A stretch of DNA of 64,000 nucleotides from Ascoidea asiatica JCM 7603 (GCA_001600695.1 BCKQ01000009.1:1-64000); one strand, 5' to 3'. Positions 23,854 through 37,661 are shown, counted from the first letter of the stretch. Program-made: numbers and translations. The notes: generated from the letters alone by a model not told the origin.

Positions 23854-24738
23854 TTAAGTCAAACTATGGCCTTGACCATTGAAACGATCTACTTTAGGGG
23901 TTGGAGGCTCAGACATTGGTAATATACCTCCTTGAGCATTAGTATTTACTGTTGTAATATTAAATCTCTCTGTGGGTGGTTTAGCTGAAAGAATCATTGC
24001 GGAATAAGGCTCACTTCTACTAGATCTAATGTCAACTTCTTTATAATATTTTAAGCCAAATGGGATCTTTTGAATTAAACCACCAAGTTTCGATTCTATC
24101 CATGGAACTACTTTATGAGTTGGTGGATCTATCAATATATTTAATTTTCCAAAACTTAATAAATAACCTGCAATAATTCCAAAAAAATGACCCATGAATG
24201 AAGAACCTGGAACAAAAATTGAAATTAAAATTAAAGGAATGATTGGTGTTGCAATTGTTGGGAAAGAAAAATTTGAATTAATTTTGAAAGATGGAAATGA
24301 TAAACTTTCTTTATGAGCAAAAAAACTTGAAAATGAAAAACACCAGGCACTTGCACCTATAACATTTGTTTTGGGATAAAATAAGATTCCAACAATACAA
24401 AAAGGAAGCGCAGTTGCAACTGCTAATATATTTAATACAATTCCAGTATAAACGGTTCCATTTTTTTGTTCAAATCTAGCCAAAGGTGCAAATAAAGCAG
24501 CAATATTTAAAACTAAATGAAAAATCGATAAATGTCCCAATGGATATAATGAAATCTTATTCAAATCTAATTGAAAAGGGGCCCAAGGATTTAAAGCAAT
24601 AGCTTCATTGATATTTGTAACAAAATGAAGAAGATATATAATTATTAAGAACACACATAATCCTGTCGTCAAAGCAGGAGCATTGTTTATATATTTCTTT
24701 ATTAAGGGTGAAAGGGTAGCATTGGAAAAGTTAGCCAT
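23854..24738 (-). CDS. RBD2: Rhomboid protease Rbd2
   Basis: YPLGHLSIFHLVLN, catalytic GAS (IGASAW) and GH (SSFMGHFFG), multi-TM, C-terminal FNGQGHSL (SHP-box-like). Confidence 0.88.
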   Translation of the reverse strand: MANFSNATLSPLIKKYINNAPALTTGLCVFLIIIYLLHFVTNINEAIALNPWAPFQLDLNKISLYPLGHLSIFHLVLNIAALFAPLARFEQKNGTVYTGIVLNILAVATALPFCIVGILFYPKTNVIGASAWCFSFSSFFAHKESLSFPSFKINSNFSFPTIATPIIPLILISIFVPGSSFMGHFFGIIAGYLLSFGKLNILIDPPTHKVVPWIESKLGGLIQKIPFGLKYYKEVDIRSSRSEPYSAMILSAKPPTERFNITTVNTNAQGGILPMSEPPTPKVDRFNGQGHSLT

Positions 24739-25211
24739 TGTTTTGTGAATTCCTTTGAGAAAGATTAGGTGGGCTTATTAATATAATCTGTACTGTATCA
24801 ATATTACTGTTAATATCAGTATCAATTTATTTCATACTTTATCACTAGGCTCAATTAGATTATTAGAATAATACAGATGAATATCCAATTTTCTCACAGG
24901 AACATTTAATAAAGGTCAGAGAAATCTTAACCGTTTAACACCTATTCATTTCTTTCGCGTCCGTGTTCACGTTACCCTAGTCTTATGCTCTACATAAACC
25001 ATAAGCAGAGCCCTGATGTAATAGGTCCAAGTTTTCCTTAGTAAAAGCCCTAAGGTACCGGGCAATTTTTACCTTTTTTATAATTTTTAGATATTTTTTA
25101 TCTAATTTTTTGATTTAAGAGTATTTATTGAATTAATTTCATTCAAAATATATAGAAAATTAATTTACACTTCAAAACTGTATAGAATAAAGACTAAAAC
25201 GATTTGATTAT

Positions 25212-26624
<1,413 letters not shown>

Positions 26625-27317
26625 TTACTGCTGAATTGTATTTTGAATTATTGTATGACTAATGTCTTTTTTATTTTAGTATTTTAATAGCTTTGCTTGT
26701 TTCTTGTTATAGTCCTTTCTACTAACATTAATATTTTCACTTTGTATTAAATTTATTTTTCGCCCGTAGATTGAAGCATTACTCCAAAGTTATCAAATTT
26801 GTTGAAGTCAGGGTAAGGAATTTGTACTTTGAAAATGAATGTTGGATGCTAAGATTGTACAGTATTTTTTATTTTATTTTTCTCTGATTTCATAAACTCC
26901 AACAGCCGAGGCTTTTGAAGCTCTTGCTTTTAAGCTAGATGGTGCTGAACAATAAAACTTATAGTTAATAAGAATAGTGGAAATAATATATTATATAATA
27001 ATAAACGAATAGAAGTAGAACTATAAAATCATAGAATTGTAGAATTTTAAAATTGTAGAATTGTAAACCATTTAAAGTCAAAGATAGACTACAAAAGCTT
27101 ATAAAAATTGAAGTGAAAAAAAGAAAATGAAAATAGAAATATAAGGAAAATGGTAATGATGATAAAAATTATAATAAAAAAGATGATAAAAAATATAAGA
27201 AAAAAAAGATAATAAAAGTGAAATTGAAAGAGTATAAAAATGAGAATAAGAATAAGAATAAGAATAAGAATTTGTGAAAATGGAAACAAAATAAAAAGGA
27301 AAGGAAAAGGCATAAAT

Positions 27318-28658
27318 TCACTTTTTTGTTGGATCTTGTCTTTCAAGTACTTCTTTTGCGGAACCTAATAATCTTTTAAAACCATTTTTACTTAATGTTG
27401 CAACAGTCACAGCAGTTTTAGCAGTTATAGTTGCAGCTCTTGGTTTATTATTTAGTAAAGCAGATTCACCAAAATAATCACCTTTTTTTAAAGTAGTTAT
27501 TATACCAGCATCCTTTTTTATAACATCAGCTTCACCAGATTCAATGAAATAAAAATTTTCACCAGTATCACCTTCATTAACAATATTTTGACCAGGATTA
27601 TATGACTCAGTTTTTAGAGCATCAGCTAGTTTATTTCTTTCATAAGGGGATAAAATGGATAAAAGAGGAACATCTTTTAAAAAATCTTCATACATAAGTC
27701 TCTTTTTAGTGGTACGATCTAATAAAATTCTTCTGAAAGTAATTCTATCTAAAGCCCATAATATACAATCAGAAATAGCCAAAACAGTAGCAGCTCTTGG
27801 AGAATTGTACATTAAAGCTAATTCACCAAAAGACCCCCCAGGACCAGAAGTACCAACTTTAATATTATCTACATAAAATTCTACATTACCCTTTTCAACA
27901 ATATAGAAAAAATCACCATGATTACCTTGTTTAATAATTTCTGTATTTTTGTTAAATTTTTTTTCTTTCAAAGCATGAATCAAAGTATTTAAAGAATCTT
28001 TATCTAAGTTTGAAAATAAGAAATTTTTAGTAACAGCAGTATTTAATCTTTTTAATTGATCATTTGTTAAAGAAGTGTTAATTGGAGGCTTCCAAGAATC
28101 ATTTTTGAAGGTATTTGGATTTAAAGTTTCGGCGCTTACAGAAGTTCTTCTTGCTAAATTATATTGTAATGGGATTTTTGATAAAGCCATTGCAGCAAAA
28201 CCAGAACCACTTGACTTAGAATTATTACTATTTTCATCCTTGATATGATTACTGTCGTTGATATTATCATTATTGTGGAAGGAATGAATGGTGGTAGTTG
28301 ACTCAGGTATGGTATCAATTGGATTGATTGAAGAACTATTATGTATCATGGAAGTTGATAAAGGAGATTGTATAGAATGTGGATCATTATCCCCGAATGG
28401 AATTTTAAAAGAAGGACCATTATCATTACCTTTTGAGTTTGAAATTGAATTTGAAATTGAATTTGAAGTTATTGGATTTGCATTTGAAATTAAATTTAAA
28501 TTTGAGTTTTTACTTGAATATAAAATTTGTTCTCTTTGAATTTGTAATTTATTATTGAAATAATTTGCACAGAATTGAATAATATCATTTGGCTGATTTT
28601 TGATTATTTCTTTATTTAAGATCTTTAATTCTTCAGTATAATTTTTTGGGAGAGACAT
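27318..28658 (-). CDS. BCY1: cAMP-dependent protein kinase regulatory subunit
   Basis: N-terminal D/D domain, inhibitory site RRTSVSAE and two cNMP domains (FGELALMYNSPRAAT; FGESALLNNKPRAAT). Confidence 0.96.
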   Translation of the reverse strand: MSLPKNYTEELKILNKEIIKNQPNDIIQFCANYFNNKLQIQREQILYSSKNSNLNLISNANPITSNSISNSISNSKGNDNGPSFKIPFGDNDPHSIQSPLSTSMIHNSSSINPIDTIPESTTTIHSFHNNDNINDSNHIKDENSNNSKSSGSGFAAMALSKIPLQYNLARRTSVSAETLNPNTFKNDSWKPPINTSLTNDQLKRLNTAVTKNFLFSNLDKDSLNTLIHALKEKKFNKNTEIIKQGNHGDFFYIVEKGNVEFYVDNIKVGTSGPGGSFGELALMYNSPRAATVLAISDCILWALDRITFRRILLDRTTKKRLMYEDFLKDVPLLSILSPYERNKLADALKTESYNPGQNIVNEGDTGENFYFIESGEADVIKKDAGIITTLKKGDYFGESALLNNKPRAATITAKTAVTVATLSKNGFKRLLGSAKEVLERQDPTKK

Positions 28659-29756
28659 TTTGAATTAAAAAATATATGTAAGATTGATTGGGATAGAAAC
28701 GAAATGAATAAGATATAATAAATTAGATTCAGGCTGATAGATTAGAGTGGAGTATAATTGGATATAATTGAATTGAATTGAATTGAATCTAATTGAATTG
28801 AATCTAATTAAATTGAGCTGGATTAAATTGGTTGAATTGAATCGAATTAAATTCAAATAAGTTATTGCACCTAAGATTTATTTAATAATAAATTGAAAGA
28901 TAGTATCGAAAGAAGATTAGCTGAATTGCAAGAAAGTTTGTTAGCATCTGTTTGAAAGCTAAGTTACTGTAAAGTTATTTTACTACTGTACAGCTGGTAC
29001 AAGTGCCGCCAGAGTGCGATTTCAGACAATTGTAGGCACAAAAGATTCAACACCCAACGTCCGCCGGACACGGCACGCCACCGTCCTTAATCCACGGATG
29101 GTTTGTTCTTTTTTCAATAACGTTAACGTTACACTATTACGTTACCCGCGATAAGTTTTACTTTTGTACACGTGCCTAAAGGAGACCACTTTTACTTTTT
29201 CATTAAGTGTAAACCGGGTAGGTATACCGGAGTACACGGCGGAAACGGAAAATAGGGGACATTACCTCTAGTGAGCTTGATTTCCAAAATAGGGGTTTGG
29301 CCTGGAGGTCTGGACTCATCGCCTGGTTCATAATCTAAGATTATGGCAGTTTGCGGTACATAGCGCTATTATTGTTAATTTACTGGATAATAATGCCACA
29401 CCTATGGTAGTGTAACTTTAACTTGTTAATCTACAAGCCCTACAATAACGCTAACGTTGGTAGTAATGATTATTTTCCATAAGAGAGACTAATATCATAA
29501 TACCAAAACCTCTCTGTCTCATTCATTGCCAATTTGATTCAACCACCTTTCCATTTATTTCATTTACCAAAGAGATCAGTCCCAAAATAAGTTAAATAAG
29601 ATATAGTGATACATAAAGATATAACCTAATATATCTTACTTATTTTCATCTCATTTTTAAGTATCTTATGAATACCATTTGAACATATAGTTATTATAGA
29701 TATTGGAGAAAATATAAAAATTCAACTCAACTTTTTTTTATATTTCTTTTATCAGA

Positions 29757-32700
29757 ATGGCTTTAACTAAAAGAAGAAATAAAAATCAATCTGATGCCAG
29801 AAAAAAATTAATCAAAGCAAGTTATACTCCAAAAGCGAAATCAATTGGTATTTCTGATTTAACTTTGTTAACTGAGATTACTGATCAAGCAATCAATGAT
29901 ACTTTACAAAAAAGATTTGAAAATAATCAAATTTATACTTATATTGGGGATGTTTTAATAAGTATAAATCCTTTTAAAGATTTAGGTATTTATACTGATC
30001 AAATTATGGACACTTATAAAAATAAAAATAGATTAGAAGCTCCCCCTCATGTTTTTGCAATTGCTGAAAAAATGATTAATAATTTAAAAATTTATAATCA
30101 AAATAATTCCGTAATTATTTCCGGCGAAAGTGGTGCAGGTAAGACTGTTGCTGCAAAGAATATAACTGAATATATTTCAAAAATGTCTATAAATAATGTA
30201 AACTCAATTTCAAATTCAAATATAAAAGAAATCAATGATAAAATCTTATCTTTACAACCTTTATTAGAATCTTTTGGATGTGCGAAAACTTTAAGAAATG
30301 ATAATTCATCAAGGCATGGAAAATTCACTCAAATTAATTTTAATAATAATTTCAATCCAATTTCCGCAAATATTATCAATTATTTATTAGAAAAAGAGAG
30401 AGTAATAAGACAAATTAAAAACGAAAGAAATTATCATATATTTTATCAATTAACTAAAGGTGCTTCTGATAGTTATAAAAAAAACTTTGGCTTACAAGAT
30501 CCAGAATTTTATAATTATACAAAAAACTGTACTTCTGTAAACACGATTAATGATTTAAATGATTATAATCAAACTATTAAATCAATGAATATTATAGGTT
30601 TGAATCAATTTGAGCAAGATCAAATATTTAAATTATTATCATCAATTTTATGGATTGGTAATATATCATTTGTTGAAAATGATGAAAATAATGCAGTTAT
30701 TAATGATTCGTCTGTTACACAATTTATTGCGTATTTATTAAATGTAAATCATGAAGCCTTACAAAAATCCTTAATTGAAAGGACTGTTGAAACTAAACAT
30801 GGTATGCGCAGAGGGTCGATTTATCATGTCCCTTTGAATATTGTTCAAGCAACTGCCGTAAGAGATGCTTTAGCTAAAGGTATATACAATAACTTATTTG
30901 AATGGATTATTCAAAGAGCCAATATTTCTTTATCTTCTAATACAACTGAAAAGGTTAATAAATCGATTGGAATTTTAGATATTTATGGATTTGAAATTTT
31001 TGAAAATAATTCTTTTGAGCAATTATGTATAAACTATGTAAATGAAAAATTACAACAAATTTTTATTCAACTAACTCTAAAAGCAGAGCAAGATGAATAT
31101 GTTAAAGAAAAAATTAAATGGACTCCAATAAATTATTTTAATAATAAAATCGTGTGTGATTTAATTGAGAATAAAAGACCCCCAGGAATTTTTGCTGCTT
31201 TAAATGATGCATGTGCAACTGCTCATGCTGATTCCAGTGCAGCTGATCAATCATTTGCTCAAAGACTAAATATGGTTGCAGAAAACAATCACTTTATTTT
31301 AAGAAGCGGAAAGTTTATTATAAAACATTATGCTGGTGATGTAACTTATAATATTAATCAAATGACCGATAAAAATAAAGACCAAATGTTAAAAGATTTA
31401 ACTGATTTATTACAAAGTTCAACTGATCAATTTTTAGTAGATTTATTTCCAAGTGATGATTCAAATTCTGCCTCAAATTCAATCTCAAACTCAAAAAAGA
31501 AGCCCCCAACTGGTAGTGATAAAATCAAATCAAGTGCAAATGACTTAGCTTTAATGCTATCTAATTCAACACTATCTTATATTCGTACCATAAAACCAAA
31601 TCAAGAAAAACAACCGTTAGTTTATATTCCAAAAAATGTTCTTTTTCAAATCAAGTATCTTGGCTTGAAACAAAATATTTTAGTTAAAAGATCTGGTTTT
31701 GCGTTCAGAGCTACCTTTGAAGATTTTTCAAATCAATTTTTCCTTTTATCTAAAAAATGTTCTTATGCAGGCGAATATATTTGGAAAGGAGATGCTTCAT
31801 CTGCGTGTGTTCAGATTTTAGCGGATGCTGGTGTAAATAAAAGTGATTATCAATTAGGTATCACTAAAATTTTCATTAAAAAACCAGAAACTTTATTTGC
31901 TTTAGAAGACTTGAAAGAATCTTTCTGGGATAATATGGCAAAAAGAATTCAAAGAGCTGTAAAAAGATATTTAAAGAAAAAAATTGATGCTTGTATATTA
32001 ATTCAAAGAAAATGGAGGGAAAAAAAAAATGGAAACAAATTTGAACAATTACGTGATTATGGTAATACTTTATTAAATCACAGAAAACAAAGGCGATCAA
32101 TGTCTTTACTAGGTTCTCGTCAATTTCTTGGGGATTATTTAAATTCAAATATGGGCGGATTAGGTGCTTATATTTTAAAGCAAACCAATATTGCTGAGAA
32201 AATAATTTTTTCAATGAAAGGTGAAATTTTGTTAAGCAAATTTGGAAGGTCTGCAAAGAGATTACCAAGAGTAATCTTTTTAAGTACTAAATATTTATAT
32301 TTGATCAATATCGCTAACGACAATAATCAGATCTCTTATATTATTGATAGTCAAATTTCTACTTCAAATTTGAATCAGATAAATCTAAGCAATCTTCAAG
32401 ATGATTGGCTTGCTTTAATATTAAATTCAAATTCAGTACCTGATATCTTGTTAAACTGCATTTTCAAAACTGAGCTTATTACACATTTGAAAAAGCTTAA
32501 TAGTAATTTACAGATTAAAATTTCGGATTCCATTGATTACCACAAAAAACCAGGAAAATTGCATAAAGTCAAAACTGAAATTAATCCACAAGCCCCTAAA
32601 TACTCTGATTCATATAAGGGTGGGAAAATCTCAGTTCAGCAAGGTAATCCACCTTCTTCTCGTCAAAAGAACAGACCACAAAAAAAAGCTTCTGATTTGA

Positions 32701-33605
32701 TTGATGAATATAGAAGACAAATTAAGCAAAACTCCTCCATGAATACCTTTATAAAGCAATCTAGCAGTCAATTTTCACAGCCCACAGGCTCTAGGGGTAA
32801 TTACCCAACTTCATCAGTTTCGAAAATACCACCTGCTCCTCCTATAATTAGAAATAATCAAAACTCTGCAGTTTCCAAGATACCACCGGCTCCTCCTGTA
32901 ATTAGAAACAATCAAAATCAATTAAATCATGCCACACCACCACCACCCCCTTCGTTGAGAAATTACGAAAATAATTCTCCTTCAAATACTGCTTTTAACT
33001 CACCTTCAGTTAATCAAGGGAATGGAGCAAATTCATATTATAGCATACAAAACAATGGTGTTCCCAACACGGGCCACTCAATACCCAAAAAAAGTCCAAG
33101 ACCTAAACCTAAACCTGTTGCTCCTAGAAGACCTTCAAAACCTTTGAAACCGGTAAAGTCTAAACGTCCTGTAAGAAAAGTTGTACCACCTCCACCACCT
33201 CCTCCACCACCTGTTGTCGAAGTACCAAAATATGAAAAGTATCAGTCAAATTATCAATTTGTTTCTAACACTGAAAATGAGTTTCCATTATCGGTAAGTG
33301 AAATAATCTACATTAGCAAAAAAGAAGATAATGGTTGGTGGCTAGCAAAGTCTTTGGATGAGAAAAGAGAAGGATGGGTACCTGCTGCTTATCTATCCAA
33401 ATATTCGGAAAGTTTCCCACAAACTGCGAATGCTGTTTCCGTTGGAAATAATTCTAAGCCAGCTGATTCTCTCAGTAAACCAGTACAAGCTAGCAAACCT
33501 GTATCAAGTTCTCTTGAATTCGATTTAGAACAAGCCATCAAAAACAAAAGAAGAGATAGTTCCAGCAGCGAGGATCGAAATGATGATGATGATGAAGATT
33601 GGTGA
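29757..33605 (+). CDS. MYO5: Type I myosin (Myo3/Myo5): motor, IQ, TH1, Pro-rich, SH3, acidic tail
   Basis: GESGAGKT, NSSRHGK, DIYGFE, TEDS-site RRGS, SH3 (GWW...GWVPAAY) and C-terminal DDDDEDW. Confidence 0.92.
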   Translation: MALTKRRNKNQSDARKKLIKASYTPKAKSIGISDLTLLTEITDQAINDTLQKRFENNQIYTYIGDVLISINPFKDLGIYTDQIMDTYKNKNRLEAPPHVFAIAEKMINNLKIYNQNNSVIISGESGAGKTVAAKNITEYISKMSINNVNSISNSNIKEINDKILSLQPLLESFGCAKTLRNDNSSRHGKFTQINFNNNFNPISANIINYLLEKERVIRQIKNERNYHIFYQLTKGASDSYKKNFGLQDPEFYNYTKNCTSVNTINDLNDYNQTIKSMNIIGLNQFEQDQIFKLLSSILWIGNISFVENDENNAVINDSSVTQFIAYLLNVNHEALQKSLIERTVETKHGMRRGSIYHVPLNIVQATAVRDALAKGIYNNLFEWIIQRANISLSSNTTEKVNKSIGILDIYGFEIFENNSFEQLCINYVNEKLQQIFIQLTLKAEQDEYVKEKIKWTPINYFNNKIVCDLIENKRPPGIFAALNDACATAHADSSAADQSFAQRLNMVAENNHFILRSGKFIIKHYAGDVTYNINQMTDKNKDQMLKDLTDLLQSSTDQFLVDLFPSDDSNSASNSISNSKKKPPTGSDKIKSSANDLALMLSNSTLSYIRTIKPNQEKQPLVYIPKNVLFQIKYLGLKQNILVKRSGFAFRATFEDFSNQFFLLSKKCSYAGEYIWKGDASSACVQILADAGVNKSDYQLGITKIFIKKPETLFALEDLKESFWDNMAKRIQRAVKRYLKKKIDACILIQRKWREKKNGNKFEQLRDYGNTLLNHRKQRRSMSLLGSRQFLGDYLNSNMGGLGAYILKQTNIAEKIIFSMKGEILLSKFGRSAKRLPRVIFLSTKYLYLINIANDNNQISYIIDSQISTSNLNQINLSNLQDDWLALILNSNSVPDILLNCIFKTELITHLKKLNSNLQIKISDSIDYHKKPGKLHKVKTEINPQAPKYSDSYKGGKISVQQGNPPSSRQKNRPQKKASDLIDEYRRQIKQNSSMNTFIKQSSSQFSQPTGSRGNYPTSSVSKIPPAPPIIRNNQNSAVSKIPPAPPVIRNNQNQLNHATPPPPPSLRNYENNSPSNTAFNSPSVNQGNGANSYYSIQNNGVPNTGHSIPKKSPRPKPKPVAPRRPSKPLKPVKSKRPVRKVVPPPPPPPPPVVEVPKYEKYQSNYQFVSNTENEFPLSVSEIIYISKKEDNGWWLAKSLDEKREGWVPAAYLSKYSESFPQTANAVSVGNNSKPADSLSKPVQASKPVSSSLEFDLEQAIKNKRRDSSSSEDRNDDDDEDW
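32812..32919 (+). repeat. 54-bp in-frame tandem duplication in the myosin tail
   Basis: SVSKIPPAPPIIRNNQNS / AVSKIPPAPPVIRNNQNQ, with synonymous differences between the copies. Confidence 0.8.
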
Positions 33606-34033
33606 ATTGCCTAAAGTTTTGCTTAGTAAAGAGAATTGAAATTCGTATTTGTATGAATATGTAGATCATGTTGTTTCTACAATGACTACTGTTAAGTAAT
33701 ATTTTATAAAGAAGATTAGATATAATTTACTACTACCAAAAAACATAATTTTAGTATAATTTATCAACTAAATACCCATGCATTGCTCTTATTGTCCTTT
33801 AATTCCATTTAGCCATTTTCTCTCTGGGTTTAATTCAAGTCTTACCCAAACTGCTTGACCGCTGTATTGATGAAAATAAAATGTTTTTTAAATTATGTTC
33901 TTATATTTATTATATACTTTCTTAGAACTTCAAAACCAGAAAGAAAATAGATTTTGAAGGTTTAGAAATTAATCAAATAGATATTTATAAAATAACGATT
34001 CATTGAAGTAATAAATAAAAGTGTACTACTTTT

Positions 34034-37000
34034 TTAGCTCTCTTTATTAATGAGCTTTTTTCCTTTTGAAAGAAATCTGTTAGTAAATTTACTTGCTTTT
34101 CTGCCAGCTTTTCTAGTCGCATTACCACCATGTCCAGCAACTCCCTCGATCAATCTTTCTCCCCCTTTTCTTAGTCCTGGCAACTTAATACTGCCAATCT
34201 TGTCCGTAATCTCTTCAGAAATCATAGATGAAGCTGTTCTTCTATGTGTAGTTCTTCTCATAGGCGAGCCTTTATTCTTATTCAAATTCATATTATTCTT
34301 TAATTGCTCCTTGATGACATTGTCGTATATTTTTTGCATGTCTCTACTGTAAGCTGGAGTATAGCTATTTGCCGGATCCTTTAACATTATTTCTAACCAA
34401 CTTTGGATTCCTGTGTCATACTGAAACTCTTCTAATTTTGCTGTTTTTAGCTTTTTAATTTTAAGGTCTTCATCTTTGATACTCAATATGGCCTGAAAAT
34501 CATGTAAGGGTAATTTTCTTTTATCAAAATTAAATGTTATAGTATTTGATTTTAATTCCTCTAGCTTTACTTTGTTATCATTTTGAACTATCTTCTGTTC
34601 CTTTTTTTTGATTTCCAGCTGTTCTTTTTTTTCGTTTTCAAGTTCTTGAATATCTAAAGGACTTGATGGTAAATCTTTATTCGAATCAAAAGCGGTTTTA
34701 AATGAGGACTCACTCATGATTGTTGAACCCGTCCCGCCAACTTCACCAAAAATGTCATGGGTATTTACGGTTTTATTGTTTTCCACTAGCGATGTGTATG
34801 GATTGAAAATAGATTCTTTGATACTTTCTTCTGGCTTTTCAATTTTGATTTCAACCGCACTAGGAGGATTACTGATAAAATGAAGATTATTATTTTCACC
34901 ATTTATATTACTAGTATCAGTAGGATCATTGTTCATACTTTCGGTGAGTATATTATTGTTATTAACAGTCTTTTCAGAAAAAGTGGGTAAATTCGGTGAA
35001 TTGCCTAGTCTCCGTTCATCAATGAAAGCGGTGCTTGATTTTGGTTTTCGAGCGATAGTCCCATCAACAGGGATCCAAAACCCTCCAGGTTCGCCAACAG
35101 CCATATCCAGATCCAAATCTGAATCCGAATTTGAATTTAAATCTGGGCTAGCGTGTAAGTCGCTATCAAGATTTATCCCTATATCAGCATTAACTTGTTC
35201 CTTTTCAGATTTTCTTACAAAAGAATCACTTTTCAACGATCCTAAACCACTGATATTTTTATCTTCTTGGGCATATTCAGTCTTAAAGTCAGAAAAAGAA
35301 TCATCCTCTACATTATCTGAAGTATTGCTTAAAACTTTTCCAAAATAATTTTCAGTAGAATAATTCAGCTGTTCAATATTATTTTTGCTAATATCAGACA
35401 GATTATTGCCAATACCATTTTCAATATTTGGACCATGTAGATCTTTTTCAAAATTATCAATATTGATATAAACTTTGGATTTGGAATCTAAGTTTGAATT
35501 TAAATTGGAAGCAGAGTCGAGTTTGATTGAATCTTTCGAATCATTCTTTGAAAGTGCAAGATGCTTGGCACTTATAACATTAATTTTATTCTCATCCGAA
35601 ACTTTGAACGAAAGCTCTGATGAAGATGTAGAAAGTTTTCTCTCGATATTATCAAGAGGATTTGAAGCAATGGTTGTCTTATTATAATCAAAATTACCAG
35701 CGGAATTATCGAAAGAACTGTTGAGAGATTTCTTGTTTGAGTTATTCACAGAATTGTTATTGCTAACTCCCGAAAAAGAATTTAAGCTTCTACCTGGAGA
35801 TAATGGCTGAATAACAGTTTGATTTCTACTCACGTATAAATTGGATTTATTGTCATCACTGTTATAAAGGTTGTCATTACTATTATTAACCATATTAGCA
35901 TTTTCTTCTTCATTGATTTTTTGACTATTAGTTTCGCTTTCCTGTGAGGATAAATCACCATTTTTAACAATATGATCTAGATTATTAATCATATCAGCAT
36001 AGTTATCAAAAGCAGAATTTGAAGAAATCACTGAAATTGGTCTTTTTCCTTTAGAACTTATATTATTTTTATTTAACGGTTTTAAATCTTCAATGATATC
36101 GAGGTTATCACTTCCATAGTCATCACTAGGAAAACTATCATCGGAAATAGGTTTAAAAAATCCTTTCTTTTCGATATCATTGAATGTTTTATTCTGTATA
36201 TTTTCTTCGTCGGAAGAGCAAATATAAGCACTATTTCGAGAAAGTTCTTTTGTTAATGTATCTATAAGTTCCTGTTGAGAATTTGCATGCAAGTTAGCAG
36301 TATCATTATTACTATTGTTATCATTGAAAGAAAGTATACCATTATTTGAAGTAGTAGATTTGTTAGCGTTTCCAAGATTTATCAGAGAATGATTTGAGTT
36401 AAAAGAATTCGAAGAGGAAAAAGAAGTCTTGGAAAATTTGGAATGATTGGAATTTTTTGAGCCATCGGAATTATAATTGAGATTATCGTTTTTTTTAGTT
36501 TCATCACCAAGAACAAAGGAAAACGGTGCTTTGTTTAAATGAAAATCACCAGTTTGTACCAACTCTTCATTCGAGTTAATAACTACTTTCTTCTTCAAGT
36601 CAATGTTTGGTCTTGAAGGAGGAGGAAGAATAACACTTTTATCACCGTTAGCCTTAGTGGGGTTTATAGAATCTTTTGTATCTGATTCATTGAAATTGTT
36701 AGAGTAGTTTTTAATTTGAATATTATTTTCATCTTCTGTAAGATTATCAGTTTTGTTAACATTTATTTGACTATTATACTGTTGTTTGTATTCCATGGGT
36801 ATACTAGGTAAATTAGGAATTTGATTTTTTTTAAGATTCAATGGGCTATTGCAAGAAACAGAAGCATCAACGTGAGCTTGATTATGAGAAGAACCATGGT
36901 CATTTGCGTTATAAGAGGCATCAGACCCAGACCCAGAATCTGAATCTGAACTGTATTCTGATTCATCAGAATCATCATCTGAAGAATCACCCCATTCATC

Positions 37001-37069
37001 ATTTGTTCTACTTTGTTTCATCCATCTAGTAGATTTTCGTCTTTCAAACTTTTCCTTTTTTGATGACAT
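34034..37069 (-). CDS. FYV8: Fyv8-like low-complexity protein
   Basis: N-terminal ERRKSTRW...WGDSSDD and C-terminal DFQAIL...EEFQYDTGIQSWL resemble the conserved ends of Fyv8. The middle is S/N/D-rich. Confidence 0.65.
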   Translation of the reverse strand: MSSKKEKFERRKSTRWMKQSRTNDEWGDSSDDDSDESEYSSDSDSGSGSDASYNANDHGSSHNQAHVDASVSCNSPLNLKKNQIPNLPSIPMEYKQQYNSQINVNKTDNLTEDENNIQIKNYSNNFNESDTKDSINPTKANGDKSVILPPPSRPNIDLKKKVVINSNEELVQTGDFHLNKAPFSFVLGDETKKNDNLNYNSDGSKNSNHSKFSKTSFSSSNSFNSNHSLINLGNANKSTTSNNGILSFNDNNSNNDTANLHANSQQELIDTLTKELSRNSAYICSSDEENIQNKTFNDIEKKGFFKPISDDSFPSDDYGSDNLDIIEDLKPLNKNNISSKGKRPISVISSNSAFDNYADMINNLDHIVKNGDLSSQESETNSQKINEEENANMVNNSNDNLYNSDDNKSNLYVSRNQTVIQPLSPGRSLNSFSGVSNNNSVNNSNKKSLNSSFDNSAGNFDYNKTTIASNPLDNIERKLSTSSSELSFKVSDENKINVISAKHLALSKNDSKDSIKLDSASNLNSNLDSKSKVYINIDNFEKDLHGPNIENGIGNNLSDISKNNIEQLNYSTENYFGKVLSNTSDNVEDDSFSDFKTEYAQEDKNISGLGSLKSDSFVRKSEKEQVNADIGINLDSDLHASPDLNSNSDSDLDLDMAVGEPGGFWIPVDGTIARKPKSSTAFIDERRLGNSPNLPTFSEKTVNNNNILTESMNNDPTDTSNINGENNNLHFISNPPSAVEIKIEKPEESIKESIFNPYTSLVENNKTVNTHDIFGEVGGTGSTIMSESSFKTAFDSNKDLPSSPLDIQELENEKKEQLEIKKKEQKIVQNDNKVKLEELKSNTITFNFDKRKLPLHDFQAILSIKDEDLKIKKLKTAKLEEFQYDTGIQSWLEIMLKDPANSYTPAYSRDMQKIYDNVIKEQLKNNMNLNKNKGSPMRRTTHRRTASSMISEEITDKIGSIKLPGLRKGGERLIEGVAGHGGNATRKAGRKASKFTNRFLSKGKKLINKES

Positions 37070-37661
37070 TATTATAATACTGAATCTATAAAAAACTGAA
37101 AGTTCTATTAAGAGTAAAAAAATTATTCTGCTCTTGGTATCATATTAGTTTACAGCAAAGCTATAGCTTTCAGAGATTATTTTTAGTATTTGATGTTTTG
37201 TTTTTGAGATCAAGTTGGGAGGTGAAGCAGAGGGATCTTTGTAAATAATAAAGGTTACTTGCCCTTTTCCGCTCCGTGGCACCTTGGCAGTGGACCTTCT
37301 AAATTTGCCCTTTTTAATGGACACTTATGCCACCTTTGCCACATTTTTCTTTAAAGTTCTTTTATCCCAAGACCTATTTTTCTTGAGAATTCATTAAAAA
37401 ACTCAATTATTAAAGAAATAATTTCAACTGAAAAAGATTATGCTCAAACTGTAAGGAAATTTTAAATGAAAATAATAATATTGATATCAATTTATTAAGA
37501 GATTCTGAAGAATTAACTCATTACTGAGATATTGATGAAGTTGTATTATATCATAATTTCTAAAAGATATTCTCGATAATGTTTTTTATGATTTCTATCC
37601 CCAAAATATAAATAATAACTCAACTAATAACCAGAATAAACATAGATATTCAACTGATTCT

